64,000 bases of DNA, taken from the NCBI RefSeq assembly GCF_006345805.1, contig NC_043008.1, positions 40,548,001-40,612,000 of the forward strand, given 5' to 3'. The position numbers were made by a program, and so were the translations under genes. Positions within the stretch are counted from its first letter, which is position 1, and each line of letters starts with the position of its first letter. The DNA comes from Octopus sinensis (taxonomy: Eukaryota). Under the pieces are notes generated by a model. That model did no database searches. It was not told the DNA's origin and saw only the letters and a list, made by a program, of their open reading frames with translations. Positions 55,843 to 64,000 of this stretch are shown here, one piece after another.

Positions 55843-55912
55843 AAGGTTATTTGAGAACGTACGTTTCAAGATTAGTCAACTCGACATTTCTATCATCAGC
55901 TCAGAACTCCTT
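55843..55912 (-). ncRNA. Type I hammerhead ribozyme, copy 1
   Basis: Exact reverse complement of 56808-56877; predicted cleavage between 55856 and 55855. Confidence 0.7.
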
Positions 55913-56402
55913 GGTTTGGATTTGAAAACACTGAAAGTGGGAGCATACCCTTTCGGCTTCTTATCGCTTCTGAAGATCTGCTCGAAACTAACAGTGCCAG
56001 CAAACTCAAATATGCAAGCGAAGAATTTCTGCTCTCCCCTTTCCACCAGCGTGGGTTAAAATCAGTAAACACTATGCTTTTTTCGGTAAAATCCGAGGCA
56101 TTAAATAGAGAGAGATGAATTATAATTTCAACAATTGAGGGTAAAATTAATTAATTATTAATCAATTTCACCAAGTATTCAGTATGCAAAGGGACCATTT
56201 AAGGCGAATTCAAATTATTACATTATATAAAAGGGCTTAGTAAAATAAATTACTTTGCCGCATACTGAACTCATTAGAAATAGTAGCTAAAAAAACTTTT
56301 TTAAAACTATTTCTAATACTTAAAGAAAACCTCTCTCATATAGTGTTTGCTCAATTCAACCCACGGAAGTATGGGGGTAAAGACATTAAAAAATCAAATG
56401 CA

Positions 56403-56472
56403 AAGGTTATTTGAGAACGTACGTTTCAAGATTAGTCAACTCGACATTTCTATCATCAGCTCAGAACTCCTT
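56403..56472 (-). ncRNA. Type I hammerhead ribozyme, copy 2
   Basis: Identical to copy 1, offset 560. Confidence 0.7.
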
Positions 56473-56807
56473 GGTTTGGATTTGAAAACACTGAAAGTGG
56501 GAGCATACCCTTTCGGCTTCTTATCGCTTCTGAAGATCTGCTCGAAACTAACAGTGCCAGCAAACTCAAATATGCAAGCGAAGAATTTCTGCTCTCCCCT
56601 TTCCACCAGCGTGGGTTAAAATCAGTAAACACTATGCTTTTTTCGGTAAAATCCGAGGCATTAAATAGAGAGAGATGAATTATAATTTCAACAATTCTTC
56701 GCTTGCATATTTGAGTTTGCTGGCACTGTTAGTTTCGAGCAGATCTTCAGAAGCGATAAGAAGCCGAAAGGGTATGCTCCCACTTTCAGTGTTTTCAAAT
56801 CCAAACC

Positions 56808-56877
56808 AAGGAGTTCTGAGCTGATGATAGAAATGTCGAGTTGACTAATCTTGAAACGTACGTTCTCAAATAACCTT
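56808..56877 (+). ncRNA. Type I hammerhead ribozyme, inverted copy
   Basis: AAGG-aguuc-UGAG-CUGAUGA-(U AGA aau GUCG agu UGAC uaa UCU U)-GAAA-CGUACGU-U-CUCA-aauaa-CCUU. Canonical core; stem I UGAG/CUCA plus AAGG/CCUU; stem II AGA/UCU and GUCG/UGAC; palindromic stem III ACGUACGU; GUU triplet at 56862-56864. Confidence 0.72.
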
Positions 56878-57158
56878 TGCATTTGATTTTTTAATGTCTT
56901 TACCCCCATACTTTCGTGAGTTGAATTGAGCAAACACTATATGAGAGAGGTTTTCTTTAAGTATTAGAAATAGTTTTAAAAAAGTTTTTTTTAGCTACTA
57001 TTTCTAATGAGTTCAGTATGCGGCAAAGTAATTTATTTTACTAAGCCCTTTTATATAATGTAATAATTTGAATTCGCCTTAAATGGTCCCTTTGCATACT
57101 GAATACTTGGTGAAATTGATTAATAATTAATTAATTTTACCCTCAATTGTTGAAATTA

Positions 57159-57194
<36 letters not shown>

Positions 57195-58299
57195 CGTGTG
57201 TATGTGTGAGTTGGAGAGAGTGAGTTTATGTTTTTTTCTCTAAATTGAATTGATATAAATAATGTAAATCAAATTTTCTATATCATCTTCTTGTCACCAA
57301 TATACATCATATCACATAACTAGTGAAACGTGACTGGCAATAAATTTGATAATGTAGTGAAGTGTAGCCAGTAACATTCTTCATAGAGATATAGCTTAAA
57401 TACTTGGTTGATATTTTAGTTAAGATTGCATTACGCTTCCTCAAAAAATAAATAACACTTGTGATAAGATATACTGGCTACAACTCGAATTAAACGTAGT
57501 AGCTGTGTTGGTTCAAAAAATGTCTGTCAGTAAAATGTATCGTTTTCAAATATGACATTGTATCCCCGAAAACTTGGTTTTTAACTCGTACAAGGTATAT
57601 CTAGAAATACAATGTATGTAATATGATAGAGAATTAACTCTCCCGTTAGCTATTCTTATCTACACATTGTAACTGTTTATTTGCTATTATATCACAGTTA
57701 TTTTCACATTTTTTACAAACAGTAAGTTTTGGAAGTAAAAACGTAGAAGGGCCGATGAAAATTGAAACACTTTATAATACATTATCAATTACATATCTAT
57801 TGGTTTAAGTGACATTTTAGAAGCAGACATTCGTCAGTGTATAATAGACTTTATAAGTTTTAAAATATTGATACTGGTCGTTTTCACCAAAGTATTATGA
57901 GTGTTTTCGTGACCGTAACTTACATGTAGAGTTCGCAACAACTCAATATATACGCAATCATTTTCAAATTGACATTTTATATTATATCCAATAAGCTTAA
58001 ATACGGCCAAGTAAATTCGATTATGACCTGAAAGCACAGCATTTTCGAACAATTCATCCTAGTAGAAAAATATGTACACATTAAGGATCCAATCTGTTGA
58101 ATATTTCATTTCAGTCTATTTTATCTAATCGTATTCAAAATGGTTGATGAATCCAGCCGTACTGAAAATCCACGAACTGATCACTTGTTGTTTTTCTCTT
58201 GTATATAGGTGTTTACGTACCAGTGTGTGCTATGCACGTGTATATGTGTGTACATACATACTAGCATATATATATATATTGAGCCTCCACAAATATAAA

Positions 58300-58495
58300 T
58301 GTTCCTTCTCGATCTGCATAAGGTTTCCCAGCTTCGGTCCGTCGCAGGATTACTCATTTTTGCCAGATGAGTGGACTGGAGCCACGTGAAAATAAAGTGT
58401 TTTGCTCAAGAGGACAACGCATCGCTCGGTCCAGGAATCGAAACCAAAACCATACGATCATGAGTTCAACACCCTAATCACTAAGCCACGTGCCT
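58300..58495 (-). mobile_element. tRNA-derived SINE, family C
   Basis: Minus: ggcacgtggcttagtgattaggg...ggtttcgattcctggacc...cttgagcaaaacactttattttcacgtggctccagtccactca. Confidence 0.75.
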
Positions 58496-58500
58496 TCACA

Positions 58501-58574
<74 letters not shown>

Positions 58575-58621
58575 AATATATATATGCATGCATATATGTA
58601 TGTACGTGTGTGTATATTTGC

Positions 58622-59479
58622 ATATTAAAAACAGAATGAACACGCAAAATAGATCGCATCACCTGACATCATTTAATAAATAATTTAAACCTACTTGCAT
58701 AATAATTAGAGTAAATAGTTAGTCTCTTACAGCTATTTCTGGAAATGTTAAGCATGAGGATCGAATGCTATTGAGTAAAGTTTTCCACGTAACATAAGCC
58801 GTCGTCGTCGGAGAGAGAAACATACAGACAAACAGACGGTGACATAGAGTACCTTAACTGAGGGTATTAGTTTTAGTAACTATCCCTCCGTAGAGGAAAT
58901 AAGTAATGTCTAAAGTAAAAGATAATTGTGCCTGGTAGATGCATGGTTGAAGAATTAAGGAGATCCTTTGTAAAATCTTTAGGAAAAGATAATGTCAGTT
59001 AGCAGCCCTATTTTTGAAATACCAACGAAAATAAATACTAAAAGATGATGTAAGCTATTAGTTTCACCTTTGAAGAGAATGTGAAGTGTTTAGGAGTGCC
59101 TTCGAATAATATATGGAACTGCTATTTGATATTGTCTTTTACTAAGACAATATCAATTAAGGATCTCCTTAATGTTTCGGTCATTGGTCTATCAATCACA
59201 AATATCTTTCAGATTGGACACGCCCTACTTCCTTTATGAACAGCTAACTACTAATATCCTTAATGAATGATGGTCTTTACATTTTCTTCTCCCTCACATA
59301 ACGCAGTAGTTAGCTTAGGTGGAAATCTTTACTCAATAACACACGATCCTCATGCTTATCTATTCTAGAAACAGCTGTAAAAGATATTATTTAGTATAAC
59401 TTCTCTGCACTATTTTTGAACTATAAATTGAATTCTCACTGGTGATACGACATGTTTTGCTTGCTCAGTCTGTTTCTAG
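58622..59479. mobile_element. Old fold-back/MITE-like element with degenerate inverted arms
   Basis: 58622-58800 is an imperfect reverse complement of 59305-59479 (e.g. taagcatgaggatcg / cgatcctcatgctta); inner match aattaaggagatcc / ggatctccttaat. Confidence 0.6.
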
Positions 59480-59700
59480 TATCTTTCGACTGGCGTAGTG
59501 ATGAAATATTTCAAGCAATCTTTGACAAACAGCTTCAACATCATGTAGCTTTCTGTGGCAGTTCTATCCGGAGACTTAGTTGTAAACCAAACCGAACTCT
59601 TGTAATACTTACATATTGCGTTACATCATCAGACAGAAATAATCTTTACGCGTATACTTGTGCGTGTTTATGTATGAATGTATGTACACACATATATATA

Positions 59701-59868
59701 TAGCCACTACACACATTTTTTCTCTCCTTGTTTGTTTCTGTCTTCCTTTATGTGGAAGAGCGTAGGCTCGAAACGTTAAAGACTTTTTCAATTCCCTAGC
59801 GTTATACTAATACATCTATTTGTTTTCTGCACCACCTGTCTTCGTCTTTTGATTTTTTTCGTAAATTC

Positions 59869-59872
<4 letters not shown>
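59701..59872 (+). mobile_element. ~170-bp hammerhead-bearing non-autonomous element (homolog of 41035-41210)
   Basis: Between (TA)n tracts; HHR-like CUUU-AUGUGGA-A-GAGC-GUAG-GCUC-GAAA-CGU-U-AAAG at 59746-59781. Confidence 0.7.
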
Positions 59873-59905
<33 letters not shown>

Positions 59906-60571
59906 TTCCATGTGCATATGTATATATTGAAATACATGTATATATTACGTTGGAATATTTCTTGCGTAATTAATTACACGCGTCTTTAAAGTGGGAACCT
60001 ACAAGAAATTTATTTCCCGGTATCGGTTTATTGACATCTCATACATAAGTGAACATGAGAATCAAAAACCAGCCGCACAAACATACGAAAATAACTCAAA
60101 TAAAGTCGGTAGCCACACTCTCATATATAAATTATACGTTATGCATTCTCGGTGTTCCTATACGATTTCATACACATCAAAACATTTGCATACATTAAAT
60201 ATCATGTCATACATGGTTAGAATCACCAGAAGTCCATGCATATCATTTGAGGATATAAATAGAAGTCCAATATGATAGCTCTACTTTTTTTGTTTTCTGT
60301 TTCTCTATTCTGAAGTGTACGTTGTTAGATCACCATCCGTAGACATTCATGGATATAGTTTCCATGTTATCGTTCAGATTGCATGGCATGTATATTTTAC
60401 GCTCATTTCCCATGCTTATCTACGGAGTGAAAGTTATTAAAGATAAGGGATAGTGATGGGGGAAACGAATAAGTATATACAGTATACAGATATATTTTAG
60501 TTTGCATATTAGAAGTGCCCATTAGAAGTGCAATTGCGTAATACTAATAAAACAAATTACAGTAACGGCAC

Positions 60572-60841
<270 letters not shown>

Positions 60842-60959
60842 GCAGAGTACGTGTACGTTCAACAGCAAGGGAATGAAATTCTGCCAGATAAGGAGAAAGG
60901 AATACAAGCGTTAATGTAGATATCCTAAAGATTAACATTTGATAGGCAAACTAACACTT

Positions 60960-62450
60960 AGAATTGCGGAAACCCAACTCGAACTTCGCATCAATTGATT
61001 ACGGCAAAACCTACGATATGATCTATTTGGCATTGCGCCGAATGACAAGCAATTACATGGAAATATTATAGAGAATGGAAAGATAAAACTAGCAGCAAAT
61101 GGAATTGCCTTCAGGGCGATTGAAATGAAGAAATGTATATTTTAAGGGGAATGGCTGTTCCCTCTGATTTTTCTACTATACATGGCACTGTTAATGATTT
61201 TGAGGAAAAAGCAGTTTGAGTATGAATTCAAGGTTCAGCAACAAAATATTAACCACTTGTTATTCAAGGGCGAACTGCAGCTTTACGATAAGGATATATC
61301 CCAGGTAGATTTCCGTCGTTCATTCGTGTTATACGATTTGTGCTGACATCAGAAAGGAGTTTGCCTTGTAAAAGTATGCTATATCAGATTTGAACAGAGG
61401 GAAATTAAACGTATCAAAGAGATAGGGTTAAAATCAGGGGAGGCTACAAAGCAAGTAGACGAGGTGGGTTATACGTATTTGAAGATAAGGGAAATGGACA
61501 ATGTAATGGAAGGGGAAACGACGGGAAAATTTCAAGATGCCATAATTGCGGACATTTAGGCTTGTCCTCAAGTGAAAATTATATGGATGGAAAAGAAATT
61601 GAAGCAATTAACACATGGACGGTGGAAAGTAAAATCGCATGGAAAGTAAACAAGTTAAACAAGCAACATGAGCGGTATTGTTGGTAGTAAGAATGTCGGG
61701 CTTGTGCAAAATCGAAGATTCCAAAAATAAAACTGAAAAGACAAAATAATGTATTGACAATTCAATAAAAAAACTTTAAAATGATGTCTAAAAGTTATTT
61801 AAAAATGGCAACAGAAGCCTTAATTTTACCTTTCAAGATCAACAATTAAGAACTAGATTACATCGAACACGGAATAGACCTGAGAGCAGAAAGTATCAAG
61901 TGCAGAATTTGTGGAGAGACTGTGTGTGAGATCACCGATCAATGGTGATCTGAAAGAATATGAGAGGCAGCATGACAATGCAGGAAAGGTATTCCATGGG
62001 GCATTTTGCAACAAGACTGAACCTGACGGAGAACAAAAGTAATAAGAACATAAACCAGGAAGCATTATCGAAAATTATAATGGAAATGTTTTGGGGACTC
62101 TGTTATTCAGTATGACCATGAGAAAGAGAATAGAAAATTAGATATATTGATAACTCTGGTGGATCATAGATATAGCATGTCCTGCTGATAACAAAGTATG
62201 CAATAAAGAAAGAAAAGAATCGATAGACATGCCAAATTAACTTGCGAGGTTAAATAGTTGCGCTCACAGAAAAAGATGTAAGTAATAACACAAATTGTTG
62301 GAGCTTCAGGAATAGTAAATAAAGGTCTTGAAAATGCATTGTACGAATAATAGGCACACATGAGAAACACTACAGAGAGCAGTACTGCTTGGAAAAGCGC
62401 AATGGGTGTTACCTCACTTCTCGAGTAATGAACTGGTGGCAAAAGACACA
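60960..62450 (+). mobile_element. Decayed R4/Dong-type non-LTR retrotransposon (RT, zinc knuckle, REL endonuclease)
   Basis: Collinear relics: SIDYGKTYDM (IDYKKAYD), CIF*GEWLFPLIF (GIFQGDSLSPLLF), INHLLFKGELQLY (INHLLFMDDLKLY), GYTYL, AINTWTV, KCRICGET, EYERQHDN, EHKPGSIIEN, IACPADNKVCNKE, RAVLLG. Confidence 0.9.
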
Positions 62451-62542
62451 GAATACACACTTTTAATTATATTATCAATAGCTGAAATATTAATAAAAAA
62501 AATTACTTGAACAAAGAAATGCTATGAAAGCGACGAATATTC

Positions 62543-62752
62543 TTTTTTGCTCTAGGCACAAGTCCCGGAATTTTGGAGAGTGGGGACATTCAATTAGATC
62601 GACCGCAGTACGCAACTTGTACTTAATTCATTAACCCCGAAACGATGAAAGGCTAAGTCGACCTCGGGGCAATTTTAACTCAGAACATAAAGACACGAAT
62701 TATTGCTAAGCATTTCGCCCAGCGTGGTAACGTCTCTGCCAGTTCGATGCCT
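62543..62752 (-). mobile_element. Family B SINE
   Basis: Minus: gaactggcagagacgttaccacgctgggcgaaatgcttagc...gttctgagttaaaattgccccgaggtcgacttagcctttcatcgtttcgggg. Confidence 0.75.
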
Positions 62753-64000
62753 TAAAGACGACGAATATTATGAAAGTAAAAATCCACATACCATCGTAGG
62801 TTGGAACAGCTACACTCAGTTATATATAGTTAGTTAATGAAAGAGAAAATAGACACAGTTATTAGTTATACAGCGCTAAATGTTGAATTTTATGATCTAG
62901 TTATAAATGCAGATTAGTGTTCGAAATATTTCAGTAGGGAGATGTCATAATACGTTAAGGAATGATATTTGTAATCAGATTAATGGTAACATAATTAACA
63001 ATGGATAAAGCGACAGAACTAATAGCGACAATGTTAATGGTCTCGCATTAAGGAACAGTAGCGGCAATACGAGAGGTAATAACAGGTGTAGCTCTGCAAT
63101 CTCAACGAATGTTTCCGTAACGTACAGTGAATTACAATTAACTACTTACCTGGTAAACAAACACTGCAGCCGTAAAAAACAAGAGGTATTGAAACTAACT
63201 ATACAGTCTGCACGTATAGTAATTTCGACATACGCTAAGAGGAATCGATATTGTATAAACCCAAGGAAACACACGCAGTATGACTTTCAGTAGAAAATTC
63301 TGGTGAGAGATGAATAACTCCCGAGAAAGAGAACACTAATAATAGTGTTATTAGTGATGCAACATAAATTCTCATCACAAAAATGCAATCCCTCAAGAGG
63401 ATTTGCGGTTTAGTGACTATACACAAACAACAGATATAGAATACCGTCGTGAAACTAGGGCTATTCAGGTTTTTCAATGTATAGTGATTCAGTACAATCT
63501 GCTGCCTGCTAGTTTCTCCATTCCGATATATTCTTAACTCTGTTACTAAACGGAATGCAACGAAATACTTGTTCCCCTTTCCTCCCTTGTTTGTTTCATA
63601 CATCGATTTTCGTTTCATATATTATATACCAGTCATATAATTTGGTTCATTCAAAATAATAAGTAGAAATCTTAATTCAACCGAATATGCACAGATTTCT
63701 AGTTTATACCAACGCTTAAAGTAGCAACTGCAGACATATAATTTATAATATATAAAATTTACATAGGCGCCAGAAGGCTGAGATTTTAACATCCGTATCC
63801 TATATATTGTTTAACAATGATTATTATGATAATGAAAATCTATGTAATTCTAAAACGAAATTAAGAATTAACAGCATTTTAATCAAATATGCTGCAGCTT
63901 TGATTATTTACCAGAGGTTTCAAAAACATAAAATTAAAGAAAGTACCATACTTGCAAAATGAATTTAACACATTTATGAAATTTCATATATTTATAAGTT

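Larger units (their letters stand above)
55662..57160 (-). mobile_element. Retrozyme-like / non-autonomous Penelope-like element: 560-bp unit x2 in tandem plus inverted partial copy
   Basis: Copy 1 55662-56221, copy 2 56222-56696 (offset 560), inverted copy 56693-57160 (reverse complement of 56121-56587 plus one base). Each copy has a complete type I HHR; (TA)n on both flanks. Confidence 0.7.

Noticed and set aside
55787-56933. Thrice-repeated 81-90-aa ORF (MLNSTHESMGVKTL...)
   Set aside because: It recurs only because the 560-bp unit is repeated, starts at TTG, has no recognisable domain and is antisense to the ribozyme. Not called as a CDS, though ribosome profiling could test it.
63150-63301. 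Minus-strand exon-like segment with good acceptor and CAG|GTAAGT donor
   Set aside because: Stops in all three frames and no partner exon; could be UTR or lncRNA but cannot be supported from sequence.

Overview
AT-rich, microsatellite-dense eukaryotic DNA that is essentially non-coding (intergenic or a very large intron). The tRNA-derived SINE families and repeat landscape suggest an octopus/cephalopod genome; this is an inference, not a database match. I can support no intact protein-coding gene, rRNA, true tRNA or CRISPR array, and most ORFs in the track are translated (TA)n/(CA)n/(TAT)n microsatellites. Recognisable content: several SINE families (one in a tandem array), decayed hAT, Tc1-like and mariner transposases, two R4/Dong-type REL-endonuclease LINE remnants beside (TAA)n arrays, a non-autonomous Helitron, MITEs/fold-backs and a near-identical ~1-kb tandem duplication. 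The most interesting signal is a group of hammerhead-ribozyme (HHR)-bearing non-coding elements sitting in (TA)n tracts. The best case is at 55662-57160: a 560-bp unit present as two head-to-tail copies plus an inverted copy, each with a complete type I hammerhead core. This is the architecture of a retrozyme / non-autonomous Penelope-like element that could release a 560-nt self-cleaved, possibly circular, RNA. Family names are from memory of consensus motifs and need Dfam/Repbase/Rfam checks.
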